Source of the DNA: Phyllosticta citribraziliensis
Taxonomy: Eukaryota
Direction: 5' to 3'
DNA length: 64,000 bases
Assembly: GCF_038025025.1 (NCBI RefSeq)
Contig: NW_027117340.1
Location: 1,736,001-1,800,000 of the forward strand
Each line of letters begins with the position of its first letter. Position 1 is the first letter of the stretch. The notes under the pieces were generated by a model that worked only from the letters and a program-made list of their open reading frames with translations, ran no database searches and was not told the DNA's origin. Shown piece by piece: positions 49,910 to 63,075 of the stretch. The translations under genes and the position numbers were made by a program.

Positions 49910-51249
49910 TCATCGACAAAGCCCAGCGCCTTGTCCGCTGCAGCATCTGGTCGCTCAAGCGTAGGGCTGCTTCTTGTGTGCGTCGCTGTGTACCAGTGAC
50001 ATCTTCCACCCAAAACAAAAACTGTACAGCACGACATAGACGGAACGAACACTCGTCTTCTTTCTAGGTGCTTTTCCTTCTGATCACCACATTTTCAGGC
50101 GTTTGGACATCGGCGTTTTGCGGCAAAGCGACGAAAAATTATGGCGCCACCTGCAACACTAGACGGGGATGGGCGGTAGAAAGAGCTTCTGCTGCTCCCT
50201 CCCACTTTCTTGCTTTTTACTTCCTTTAACTCTCCATGGCGAGACAAGTGTTTCTTGGTGGAATGATGGTCAGCCTGTCGGTCGGCTTGGGTGTGGCTGA
50301 TGGTTTGGGCTTGGTTGACGTGGTCGTCTGGATCGGTCTGGATGAGTGGGCGACATTTTTCTTCTTGTTTCCCTCCTTCCCTTTTCTTTTCAGTCAAGCG
50401 ACAGAGGCGGTGTCGTGGCTTTTCTTCATCACTCTCAACCTTCGTGGTGGACGCTCCCTGTCCATCTCCTCTTGCGTGGCTGGGTCCAAGTCCCTGCCCT
50501 GGAGGTGACGCGGGCCTGACTGCCTACCGACATACATCTCTTCGCCACGATGCTGCATTTGCGGTCTTCTCAACTTGGGTCCGGCGCGCCTTTCACACAC
50601 TGCACATTCAGTTACGCGGGAAGTTTCTGCGGCGCTGGCTGAGTTGTTCTGTGGTAGACGTGGTTGGTGGTGTGGTGTGGTGTGGTTTCTTGGTTCACTG
50701 TTGAGGGGGACACGGACTTTTTTGGAGATTGGAAGGGTGGAGGGATGGATGGATGGGGACATGGCTAGACCACGCTTGCATGCATGCGTTGACGAGACGG
50801 GTGGATTGATGAATCGAATGTAGACACTTGCATTTACTTCCTTTCATTTTCTTTCTCCTTTTGTTTGTCGTTCAGGAAGCGGCGGTTGGCGAGATGAGAG
50901 ACGAACACGAAAGAGTAGAAACGAAGCGCAAAGACGAAAGATGAAGACGGAGTGCTCTCCAGCTAGAAAGACGGGCACGACTCATTGACGACGATGAGAC
51001 TTGCACAGACGGGACGGGTTTAGAGGGACGAAACCGACGCCGTGGAAGCAGGATTGGATTGCGATTCCTAGAGCTCGGCAGAAGAGAGCACATCAGAGTC
51101 TGCTGGATAGATGGATACATGGGTGGCGAGATGGATAGAAGCATCCGTCTGTCTGGACGTGCAACTAGACTAAACGAGAATTTTGAATCGACGACTCCCA
51201 CTGTAGCCCCGTCCGCGAGTCCAGCTAGATTACCATTCATTCCGACGTC

Positions 51250-52669
51250 TCACGCCTTGTCGTCCTGCACTTCCCTGACCTCAAAGCCGAACATTTCGTT
51301 CGACGGGACGGCGCGCTCATCGCGCAGCTTCTGCGCCGTCTGAATGCCGGCGACGGGGAGCCGATACTCGAAGCGCTTGCCCGTGCCCTCGTGACCAGGG
51401 ACAGGGTAAGAGAAAGGGAGGTACTATCATGCGCCGCATCGTCAACATCCGGTGCATGTTCACGTACATTACCGTCTCAGGGGGCGGGCAGAAAGAAAGA
51501 AAGAAAGGAAACGTACCTCAGGCAACAGGCCCAACTGCCTCAAAAGCGTCGCCTGGTCCCAAGCAATATGCTCGTGAAAAAGACGGTCGCCTCTAACATT
51601 GACAACGCACGTCATGGGCACCTCGAAGCGCTTACCCGTGGGTGGCACGCCGGGCAGCAGCCAATCGACGACCCTGTCGTGCGTGCCCGAGAAGACAAAC
51701 TCGTCGACGACGCGGTCGACGCCGACGCTGCGCGACACGACCTCGAGCGCCACGTCGTCCGGGTTGGCCGTCACGAAGCGCGTGGCGTAGAAGTGCGACA
51801 GCGCCGCGTGTCCGATGCCGCCCGTGAGCGTCGGCACGTGGTTGACGTACGGCGCCGCGACCATCGTGGCCATGGTGGCGGGCACGTCGCGGGCGGCGAA
51901 TTCGTGGTACGTGTGCTCGTCCCAGATGGCTTCGAGGTCGAAGTAGGGTCCGCCGAGCAGCGGTTTGAGGAAGGAGAGGGTGCGCGTGTGGGATAGGGAG
52001 GTTGGTCCTGAGGAGTACTTGGGCGAAGAGGGGAGTGCGAAGTGTGGTGATGCGGTAGGATAGGCGTGAGTTCTGGTTGTTGTCGACGTTGAGGGAGGCG
52101 GAGTCGGGAGTAGGCCTGCGTGGTGCCATAATGATGGTTTGGTGATTTCGGCTGGGAGAGCTTGCGGGCTATAGTTGACCACGGCGAGGATGTCAGGGGA
52201 CTCGTTTATGAAGGCCATGACGGGTCTTGAGAGCGGCGCAGTATATGCTGTCTCGTCGTCAGTCGCCTTGCGGCGTTTCGATCTATCTTCGACACTCACT
52301 GATCATTCCCGCGCCTTTCTCCTTCTCTCTCTCCACCTCAGATCCTCCTTCTCCCAGACTAGTGCACTCGTCCATGCCCCTCAAGAGCATCAATGCCGTC
52401 TGCAACAACCTCTTTTCGTCTTCATCACCATCGATCAGAACCTGAGCAACACAAAATCCCTCCTCGGCCCACTTCACCAAGGGCGGCGGATCTAGGGTCT
52501 TGTCACTCGGCGTCAGCGGCAGCGTCGCGTCAACCAAGAGCAGCAGGCCAGGTCCGTAGCCGCGGCGCGTGAGCGGCGCATGCAGCGTGATGTCGGGGCG
52601 AGGATGAGTAGGTTTTGCCGAAGGAACAGACGACGGCGCGTAAATGGGGGTCGCGTTTGTGTCTGACAT
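51250..52669 (-). CDS. Dienelactone-hydrolase-like / SnoaL(NTF2)-domain protein (carboxymethylenebutenolidase-annotated family), 3 exons
   Basis: PLTRRGYGPGL...LDPPPLVKWAEEGF; GGPYFDLEAIWDEHTYHEF; PYVNHVPTLTGGIG; DRVVDEF; HEHIAWDQATLL|YLPF...RLPVAG...VPSNEM. Introns GTGAGT and GTACGT. Confidence 0.85.
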
Positions 52670-55026
52670 TTTGAACGAGCAGGTTCAAGTCGTTTGGTTC
52701 CTATTTTGGACGTGGCCGAAATGTGTTTGTTGTGTTGCCTTTTTCGCGGACGGCTGGAGAGTTGAAAGTTGGGGTAAGCTTGGAGATGGAACACCGGGAA
52801 GAGCCAGGAGACGGGTTGCAGAGAGACAAATGGCCTTCTTCGACTGTTGAAGACGACAGATGAGATAGATGCAGAGCTGTGAGAGTCTATCCTTGGTCGT
52901 CAGATTCCTTCAGATGTGTGACCGGGTACGAATTAGCGAGCAGCTGATTCGTCAGTTTCCAATGCAGTCGTGGAAGTCCTTGCAGGCAGGGTCTTTAGGG
53001 CGACTTGATTTTGGTGCTGTGCGTAACGAATCCTCCTCAACTCAATCGTGGAAAACAACCCTTTCGACGTCCCCGTCGTGGTCCTTCCTTTTATCTGGCC
53101 GTTTGTCTTATCGTGCCTAGGCTTCGCTTCCCGCTCGGATGCTGGCACCCGACATGGTCCTCTCCCCACTTCCGCGGCTTGTCTGCACCAACTCAAAATG
53201 GCAAGTGGGCGTGCTTTAACCTCATGATTCTACAAATGATCATCTTTGCAGTTTTTGACACCGAATAGAGACAGATACGCTTGAGCTACAGGGTGTGAAT
53301 GGTGTACTGTTTGAACGCATCCTTGTTCCGCCTGGGAAAGTCGTGAATTGGGCGTGGTCGAATTTGGCGTTGCAATATGAAATCAGGTGATGATATCAGG
53401 TGGGATTGGAACGCCAGTTATTGTGGAAGGTAACGCCGAGTAGTAGTCCTTGCTGTGAAATGTCTGATTACGCTGGGTCAGTTTTCAGTTGCACTACGAG
53501 AGTGTCAGAGTGTACGATATAGAGCTGATCCGCGATATCCATCTATAGAAGGGGGTCAATGCGGAGAGGACCCGCCACTCTGAGACAGACCAACATATGA
53601 GCAGAGTTGCAGGAGATATCAAGGTATGTTGTACATAGGGAAAAGGGACCCGCAGCTCCACGCATTTACTGCAGCACATCACAGCTTGGACGAGAACGAG
53701 GCGTTTGTTTCAAGAGCATATGAAACGGAAGAGCAGCCGGCAGATCCCATCTGAAACACAACGGATGAGCAGGTCGACGGCGCATGCGTTTCAGTGTTGC
53801 TGAGATATGTCTCACAACTGCACTGCGTTGAGCAAATATAAGCGCAGCCGCGACGCCCGGGACCCAGGACGAGCACTACGCCTTTCCCGCTCGCTCCCGC
53901 CTCGCTCCCTTGTTTCGTGCCGCGCCGTTGCGTTGCGGGCCGGTTCGTCTTGTCTCGTCTCGTTTAATAATGTCTCAGCTCAGCTCAACTCAACTGGCCT
54001 GCGTGTCGGCGGCTTTCCGTTTCGTCGTCGTCCATGAACCACGCCCCCTGACGAATAAAACGTGGGCCTGAAAACGTCGAGACGGACCGTGCGTTTCTTC
54101 CGCGACTGCGGTTGACAGGGACAAGGCTTGCCGTGTTGCTGGAAAATTGGATTTCAGCCCAGCGGGCAAAACACAAATTGGCCGTTGGCAACGGTGTCGA
54201 GAGTCACGCTCGTACCGCGTCGATAAAGTCGACACAACTTCGAGGTTGAGGCGATGATTGGGAAATTTGCCGAAGATTCGAGGGAGCTGGTGCTCGAGGG
54301 AGCAGTAACTGCAAAATTTGATTCGAGCGAGCAGCACAAACGAGAAAAAACACAGCAACAGGCGGATTTTAGGTTTGGAAACGATCTCTGGCGGGGCCAA
54401 CGATGAACACGTGCTCCGTACAGTTGTACACTCTGCTGAAATGACCTGTCACAAAATAGCGGCTGTCTTGAGATCTGACCAAAAGTTCCTGAGAATCATG
54501 GTCCCGAGGGACGCTCCAAACTTGGTCTTTCCGCTCGCAAGGCTCACCGTCCCGCTGATCCAGATCGAACGGGGATTAGTCGAGGCAGTGTCGTGGAAAG
54601 AATTGTCCCCGCTTTTCTGCTTTTCAGCTAGCGTTGCACCGTAGTGCTACAGGCCCATACGCTCATCTACGCACTGATGCCGCACGCTGGAAGCATTTTT
54701 GCAGGGAGGTACCGCCGCGCTGGATGGCAAACGGCGGCCGCAAGGCTTTGGGGGGATTCCTTCCGGGTGGGGAAGTTTTGGGCACTGGTGCCAGACTCCC
54801 TTTGGGCAGACGTTGGAGATGCATGGTGTTGAAGGTAAGGATGTCTCGTCGGCGCGTGTTCCTATTGCCTAGTCCACACGACTCGCTTCGTCATCATGCA
54901 TCTCTTTTCCAACGTCGAGTGGACGTGTTTCCCCAGCCTCTTTCAACCCCTCGACGAGGAGAGATTCGCACCGCCCGCCGGAACCACGTCCAAGGGATCC
55001 CAACTCTCAAGTCTTTACCGCTCACC

Positions 55027-55421
55027 ATGCTGGCCGAACCGTTACTTGCCGTCCGTCTCCTGATTGCAGCCGCACTCGTAGCCAGCGTTGCCGCCGGCTG
55101 TCAGGAGACTTGCAACGCCGCCTACAGCAACTGCCTGATGGTACGAGTCGGCGGGAGCTTGACAGATGACAACACGCTCTAATGCTACACGCAGAGTTGT
55201 CAAAGCAACCCAGCCTGCATCAATCCTTGCCAGCGTAGTACCTGTAAAGTGAGTCGAGTGGTTCCGAGTGGGGGGTCACCTTTTTGGACGGGGAGCGGTG
55301 TGGAAGCGGTGCTAACATGGGCGACAGATCGATCTTGTAAGTGGCAAAGACGCCAGGACCCCGGTTCATTGTAGCAAACATCTGATGCTGCCAGTGCGCC
55401 GAGTGCTGGTCACTCTGCTAG
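55027..55421 (+). CDS. Small secreted cysteine-rich protein, 67 aa (exons 55027-55140, 55195-55248, 55328-55336, 55395-55421)
   Basis: The spliced product is MLAEPLLAVRLLIAAALVASVAA-GCQETCNAAYSNCLMSCQSNPACINPCQRSTCKIDLCAECWSLC*. Three phase-0 introns have donors GTACGA/GTGAGT/GTAAGT, branch sites CTAAT/GCTAAC/CTGAT and CAG acceptors. Confidence 0.8.
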
Positions 55422-56383
55422 CAACTGCTAGTAGTGTCACAGTGGGTGTCGAAAGGAATGAAACAGGAAGCGTTCTTTTACTGCCATGGTTGCGCTTTGA
55501 GAGCAGTCGTCTGCCATCACAGCTGCGCTTAAGGAGCTGCCGTTCGTTCCTGCAGCCATGTAGACCCGGAGAGTCTATTTTCTTTCGACAGCCACCTTGG
55601 TGTTGCGGACCAAACAGTTCCTCGTCCCACGAAGATCACATTTCGCATTTGGAAGGGGTGGTCGGATGACACGACTGTGGTGGAGCGGATGAGATCCTCC
55701 AGCGCGTCTAGTGCTTCTTTTCTGCGTCTTTCGGGCCGGCCACGGAAGCGCGAGGCTAGTTAAAAAAGATGCTGCGCCGTACAGCTGTTTTTGATGGACT
55801 TGTTGTCATTCTTCCTTGGTTACGATAAGTGGGCGTGAGATTGATGTGTTTGAACCGTCGATGACACCGAATGAGTTGTCGCCACTGGCCGTCGGCGAGA
55901 AAGAATATGTCCAGGAGCAGTCGACTCGAGTTGTTGTTGGCACAAAATAGGCGGGGAAGATGGATCCGATCTCCGCTACTGTTTGGCGCGATTGGGCCGA
56001 GCGGAGGCATTCGACGGGGCCCTGAACGGACACTGGGCATCATTGCTCAGTCCCTTTTTCGGTGAGAAACAACGTCCAGACGTCGGAGATTGGGCGCGCT
56101 TCTAGAGGGTTCCAAGACTCGGCTTGTGGTCGCTGGGCTGGCTGGTCTGTCGCAGTTTCGCCCACGAGCCACAGGCCCGAGGTTTTGCCTGCGGCACGGC
56201 CAATCACTTTGCGGGCGGTCGGCGGGTTAGTTATACGTGGTCTCTACAGCTGCCGGAGCTAGCTATATCAGCTGCGACTCCACCTCTGCCCTTCGACCTC
56301 TCCTCTCCGTCCCTCTCTCGCCCTGCCTCAACACCAATTGGCTTCGTCCCTTGCTTCTGTTTCTCAGGCAAGAAGCCATCACC

Positions 56384-58253
56384 ATGCGTGCGGCTCTTCT
56401 CACCACCGCCCTCTTGAGCGCCGCTGTTGCGCGCGCCGAGGACGCGCCCTCAGCTTCCGCCATCTCCAAACCTTCCTTCACCGTGAGCTTCCTCAACATC
56501 CCTGGCTGTCGTCGCAACCGCTAACCCTTCCCAAAGCCCACCTCGCTCAACGCCCCGTTCCTCGAGCAATTCACCGACGACTGGGAGGACCGCTGGAAGG
56601 TGTCGCATGCCAAAAAGGAAAACACCGAGGAAGAGTGGGCCTACGTTGGAACTTGGTCCGTTGAGGAGCCTTCTGTCCTCAAGGGCGTCGAGGGTGACAA
56701 GGGTCTCGTAATCAAGGACAAGGCTGCCCACCACGCCATCTCGGCCAAGTTCCCCAAGCCCGTCGACAACAAGGACAACACGCTCGTCGTCCAGTATGAG
56801 GTCAAGCTTCAGGGTACGTTTTCTCATTGCGCTGCGGGAAGCAATGCTGATCAAAGCAGATGGTCTCGAGTGCGGTGGCGCCTACTTGAAACTTCTTAAG
56901 GAGGAGGCCGCTCTTCACCAGGACGAGTTCTCCAACGCCTCGCCGTATGTCATCATGTTTGGCCCCGACAAGTGCGGAGCCACCAACAAGGTGAGACATG
57001 GTACACACTCCCGTCGACGCGCTGTTCTGACTTTTTCAGGTTCACTTCATCTTCAAGCACAAGAACCCCAAGACCGGCGAGTACGAGGAGAAGCACCTCA
57101 AGACTCCCCCCACGGCCCGCATCACCAAGGCAACGACCCTCTACACCCTCATCGTCAGGCCGGACCAGACCTTTGAGATCAAGATCAACGGCGAGTCCGC
57201 CCGCAACGGCTCCCTTCTCGAAGACTTTACTCCAGCAGTCAACCCTCCCCAAGAGATTGACGACCCCAAGGACTCTAAGCCTGACGACTGGGTTGACGAG
57301 GCCAAGATTCCCGACCCTGAGGCGAAGAAGCCCGAAGATTGGGACGAGGACGCGCCTTTTGAGATTGAGGACGCTGAGGCTGAGAAGCCCGAAGACTGGC
57401 TTGACGACGAGCCGTCCATGGTTCCTGACCCCGAGGCTGAGAAGCCCGAGGACTGGGACGACGAGGAGGACGGTGACTTTATCCCTCCCATGGTCCCCAA
57501 CCCCAAGTGTGACGAGGTCTCGGGCTGCGGCGCGTGGAAGCGTCCCACGAAGAAGAACCCCGCCTACAAGGGCAAGTGGTCGGCTCCTCTGATTGACAAC
57601 CCTGCCTACAAGGGCGTCTGGGCTCCCCGCAAGATCACCAACCCCGACTACTTCGAGGACAAGACCCCTGCCAACCTCGAGCCCATTGGCGCTGTAGGTG
57701 TGCCCGTTTAAAATGCAATCTGAGCGCTAGCTAACGTGCGTAGATTGGCTTCGAAATCTGGACCATGCAAAAGGATATTCTGTTCGACAACATCTACATT
57801 GGCCACTCTGTTGAGGATGCTGTGGCTCTCCAGAAGGAGACCTACGACGTCAAGGCTCCCGTCGAGAAGGCCGAGGAGGATGCTACCAAGCCCAAGCCGG
57901 ATGACAAGAAGTCTCCTCTCGACCTTGTCTTCACCGAGGACCCTGTCAGATACATTCGTGAGAAGACTGACCTCTTCATTACCGTCGCTAAGAGGGACCC
58001 CGTCGAGGCTGTCAAGCTGGTGCCCGAGGTCGCCGCTGGTGCCGTCACTGCGCTTCTGGTTGTTGTCGGTCTCCTGTCTGTCGTCCTCGGCGGTGGCTCC
58101 AAGGCTGCTCCGTCCAAGGAGAAGGTCAAGGAGACTGCCGACAAGGCCAAGGACGCTGCGGCCGACGCGAAGGACAAGGCTGCTGAGGCTGTTGCTTCCG
58201 GTGCCGACAAGGCCCAGGAGGCTACCAAGCGTGCTACGAGGTCATCTTCGTAG
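56384..58253 (+). CDS. CNE1: Calnexin, multi-exon
   Basis: Signal peptide; [50 protein letters not shown]-domain repeats [16 protein letters not shown]-terminal transmembrane helix. Confidence 0.97.
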
Positions 58254-58711
58254 TGGGTTGGATTGGATGGTGGGTGGAGCATGGTCCAGGACGGACAGAG
58301 CATTTTAAAATTCAGGCCGCGTACAGTAGCCGCGCCACACTGGAGTTCCGGTAGCAGGGTGTATTGAACGATTGGGAGCTGTTTTAGTTCGAACCAAATA
58401 TCAATTGTTTTTCCGACCCAAAAAGGACATGTTTGCCGGCCACGTGAATCATCACTTGTCGAATGTCACCAAGGAACAGGGCAGGGCGGAGGGCGTGCAG
58501 TGCAGGTGGGACCGGAAGCCAGGGTCGTCGCTCGTCTCCGCGCACCCTCGGCTTTCCCCACCAAAGCTCCCGGCTGAGCTCGCCCTGAGCCGAACATCGT
58601 CGACTCAACTTGTCCGCTATCCCACGCCTCTACTGTAAGTCAAATCTTCAAATACCTTGCTCGTCATCCCTCCGAGCTAGCCATCGCTAACTCAACCAGA
58701 CTCCCTCGACA

Positions 58712-60526
58712 ATGGCCGCTCGCCGCGTCGTATCGCGCAACATCCCCGCACTTGTCTCGCGCGCCCAAGCTCCACGAACGGTCCATCTGGCCACCAGAAT
58801 GTCTGCTCCCAAAGCTTCACAAGCTCTGACTGCCACTCGTCGACTCCATGCTACCGCCAAACATCTGAGCCCTGCCACCACGACTGCTGCATCCACCGCC
58901 ACTTCGTATCCCACCTCCCACGAACGAATCGCCGAGCCGGTCGACACGCAGAACTTCCTTGACAATCAGTTTACCTCATCGAAAGCCTCGCAATGGATTG
59001 ATCTGTACGACCCTGCAACAAACAACCTTGTGACGCGGGTGCCTCAGAGCACCGATGCGGAGCTCAAGGCCGCCGTCGACAGCGCAGAAAAGGCATTCCC
59101 CGAGTGGCGCAAGACCAGTCTGCTGCACCGCCAGCAGATCATGTTCAAGTTTGTGGCATTGATTCGTGAGAATTGGGACCGTCTTGCTGCAAGCATCACC
59201 TTGGAGCAGGGCAAGACATTTGCGGATGCCAGGGGTGACGTCCTCCGCGGCTTGCAGGTCGCCGAGACGGCGTGCGGCATCACGACGCAGCTGACGGGAG
59301 AGCTGCTCGAGGTGAGCAAGGACATGGAGACCAGGAGCTACAAGGAGCCTCTGGGTGTCACGGCGGCCATTTGCCCTTTCAGTAGGTACTTGTGCACGGC
59401 GCCTGAACCAGGCTAACACATGCAGACTTTCCCGCCATGATTCCTCTCTGGTCGATTCCTCTGGCCACCGTCACTGGCAACACCATTGTCATCAAGCCGT
59501 CAGAGCGTGACCCTGGTGCCATGATGATCCTCGCTGAGCTGTGTGAGAAGGCTGGTTTCCCTCCAGGCGTAGTCAATGTCGTCCACGGCGCAGCCAAGAC
59601 GGTCGACTTTATCCTTGATGAGCCCCGTATCAAGGCCATATCTTTTGTTGGTAGCAACAAGGCCGGCGAGTACATTTACAGCCGGGCCTCTGCCAATGGG
59701 AAGCGGTGCCAGGCCAACCTCGGTGCCAAGAATCACGCCGCTGTCCTGCCCGACTGTAACAAGAACCATGCATTGAATGCAATCGCAGGAGCGGCCTTTG
59801 GAGCGGCAGGTCAGAGATGCATGGCGCTCAGTACACTCGTCTTGGTAGGCGAGACAAAAGACTGGATCCCCGAAATCGCAAAGCGCGCAAGGCAGTTGAG
59901 CGTCAACGGCGGCTTCGAGCCTGGTGCTGACCTTGGCCCGGTCATTAGCCCCGAGGCAAAGACGAGGATCGAGGCCGTGATTGCAAGCGCAGAGAAGGAG
60001 GGAGCAAAGATTGTTCTCGACGGTAGGGGCTTCAAGCCTGAAAAGTACCCCAACGGCAACTGGGTAAGCATCTCGTTCTTTATGATGCAACCTTTACTTA
60101 CAAAACCAGGTCGGACCCACCATCATTGCCGACGTCAAGCCACACATGCGCTGCTACGTCGAAGAAATCTTTGGACCGGTCCTCGTCTGTCTCAACGTTC
60201 CGACCATCGACGACGCAATTTCCCTCATCAACGCCAACGAGTACGGCAACGGCACAGCCATCTTTACGCGCTCAGGCCCGACGGCAGCGCGCTTCCAGAG
60301 CGAGATCGAAGCCGGTCAGGTCGGTATCAACGTGCCCATCCCCGTGCCGCTGCCCATGTTTTCTTTCACTGGCAACAAGAAGAGCGTTGCGGGTGGTGGC
60401 GCCAGCACCTTTTACGGTAAGCCGGGCATCAACTTTTACACGCAGACCAAGACTGTGACGAGCCTGTGGCGCGCTGAGGATGCGGTGGCGACCAAGGCGA
60501 GCGTCAACATGCCGACGCAGAGTTAA
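58712..60526 (+). CDS. Mitochondrial methylmalonate-semialdehyde dehydrogenase (ALDH6A1/MmsA-like), 3 exons
   Basis: Arg/Ser/Ala-rich presequence; [83 protein letters not shown]. Confidence 0.96.
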
Positions 60527-61852
60527 GCGTATTTGGTGGAAGATGCAAAAAATGGGATCTTTTCGAATGGGATGATGAGATTGAAAATGGATGGGATGTA
60601 ACATTGCCTTGCTTGTATCTCGTCAGTACTTTAGCATTCTTCGTGAGCAGAGCAAAGCTTTTCGGCTTTTGAAGAATTTGAGCAAGTGCTTGTGGAACAG
60701 AAAAACGTACCCAAGCACAGAATTGAAGCTGAAGGGCAAATGTCCCTGACCCGGAGATCTTGTCTGGCGGACCGATAAGATAAGATGCGCACGGACCTGC
60801 TCGCATCAACAGATTCCCTCCCTCGCCGTCAATTTTTTCCGCCTGCTCAACGACAACCGTCTCCTGCACAACAACACGCCGCGTTGCCGCCAGCGCCAGC
60901 GCACCGAAACCCCGGTCCAAAATGTCTGGACACTGCAGAGCCGCTTGGAGATGACGATTGTATTGGATTCTGGCTTGATAAAGCCAGTCGCTGCATGGCC
61001 GCCATCTGCCCACATTCTGGGTCACACAATGCCTGCCTACATTCTTACCCACTGCCGCAATCGAAGTCGTGGAGATGGGATGTAGGCAGGTTCTTTCAAC
61101 CATGGTAAGCACTTCTTTTCTTCCTGTCGTCCCGTCTGTACTCGTACAAAGGCGGAGAAAAACACATCCACAAGCCAACCAACACATCCAACTGCGCGAC
61201 GGCGAGGCAGCCCAGCCGTCGGGGATCCTCGGATTTTCACTCGCACCAGCAGCAACAGCAGCCGCAACAGCAGCACCACAAATGATGAGTTACAACACCC
61301 CAAATCATATATAGGAAGAGCCGGAATAGGTATGGCGGAGAGACCCCCCTGGGGCTTTCCGCCGTCGCTGCTTAGACAAGGGTATCTATCTCTGAGAATG
61401 GTGATCTGCTACTGCCGCTGTCGCTCTGTTGCTGTGCTGTGCTTCCGGCCAGTGGGTGGGGGTTTGGATTGGTCGGTGGTTTCGCATGCTGTAGAAGTTT
61501 TGCTCGTCTGGCTTATGGCTTTGCTGACTTTGTGGCTGCATTAGGGACGTACGCGTGGTGGCGAACAACTGGGCAGGAGACTATCACCGGAGTTTGGAAA
61601 TGGGCAAATGCGAGGGCTGACAAGGGGTGGGGTCAAAGGTAGGTTGGGAGTTGGTAGGGAGGCGGTGGGAGGATACGCTCCAAACGGGGCAATTCTTGGC
61701 CATTCGCAAACGACTCCCTTTTCATCGTGTCGAACATATAATTTTCTACATCCGCTTCAATCAATCCTGGTCTTTGCAACATTGCGACTCAACCTCGTCT
61801 CCCCTGCGCGCTCAACCAGTCTACCTCGCCCACCCGTCTACATGCCGGCCTA

Positions 61853-63075
61853 CTACATCTTGGCCGCCTGTGTTAAGACCTCGCGCGTCAAGCCCTGCTC
61901 GCCCGGTTTGCGATCGGCGCTCAGCCGCCCCATGCGCAGCAAGCGCGCAATCATCTCTTCGTCGCCAAAGTGCGAGTTGTGCTCAAAGGCTGGCTCTTCC
62001 GCGTAGGCAACGCGCGCCGCGTCGACCAGGATGCGCGCCGTCATGCCGAAGACGCGGAAGCGCGAGAGGCTGCGGAGGTCGGGGCCGGCTTGCGCATGGG
62101 GTGGAGGCTCATTTGGGGCTGAAGTTTGGGCTTTGGACGAAGCTTGTGACGGAGCTTGTTGGGTGAATCCGTTCTCGTGTTCAACCTTTCCTCTCAAGCC
62201 TCCTCCTCCCGCTTGCTCGTCCTTGTTGGTGGTTGACTTCTTGCTCTTCTTGCTGCGCGGCCACGCCACGACCTGCGCGCCAGGCCCCTTGACGGGAACG
62301 TAGAAGTTGTGCATCCGCCAGCGACTCTCGTGCCAGTTGGTCCATTCGCCCTCGTACCACTTTGCCGGAAAGCCTGCGGCCTCGATGCCTGGTCCTGGTT
62401 CCCGCTCCGTCCTGGGACCTGGGTTCGTTACAGGAGTAGAATTCGGATCGCCCGCGCTCGCCGCGCTCGACGGAACCTCGTCGTCAGCGCTAAGGAAGTT
62501 GTGGAAGCCAGCCGTGAACACGGCCGCAACCTCGTTTGCCTGAAGCCGCGGAATCAACGCCTCGCCCGCCGTCCCCGTTGTGATGCCCGCGGGGCCTAGC
62601 TGGCCTGTCGGCCTTGTCAGGTCTTTGGCTAGATATGCGACGCAGGGCCGCACGCCCAGCTCAGTGCGCGCCAGGTTGGTTGGTAGTTGGCACAGCTCCT
62701 CGACGCGCCACGGCCACGGCAGCTTCGCGTCGCTCATCGGCAGGCCGATCTCCTCGAATGCCTCGCGCCGCGCCGTTTCCCAGGGCGTTTCTGCGGCCGA
62801 GTCGGCTTTGCCGCCCGGTAGCGCGGCGTGGCCGGCGTAGTTCTTCATGGCGGCGCTGCGCATCGTCAAGACGACGCGGAGGTCGCCTTGCCGGTCAGCG
62901 AAAAGCAGGATCAGGACGGCGGCGCGGCGCGATGCTGGTACGTTGAAGTAGTTGGTCGGCTGTGGGCGGTAGGCGCGGAGGCGTGATAGAGCGGCCTGTT
63001 TATGATTGTCAGCTTTGTCCTCATGATACCGGGTGGGGGAGTGCGTGCCGCAGAGGCCGGCGTCAGAGTGGCCAT
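61853..63075 (-). CDS. PCD1: Peroxisomal CoA diphosphatase, Nudix NUDT7/PCD1 family (exons 63075-63049, 62995-61853)
   Basis: RRAAVLILLF, LTMRS..MKNYAGHAALPGGKAD, Nudix box ETARREAFEEIGL, VFGMTARILVDAAR; C-terminal AKM (PTS1). The start needs a 53-nt GC-AG intron. Confidence 0.9.

Noticed and set aside
52700..55000. TATA-like element near 53835 and short ORFs upstream of the Cys-rich gene
   Set aside because: No supportable ORF or RNA structure; an unrecognised ncRNA cannot be excluded without a covariance search.
60785..61314. Possible two-exon small ORF (GTAAGC donor near 61104) between MMSDH and PCD1
   Set aside because: Weak branch site, no homology cues and low-complexity product; insufficient support.
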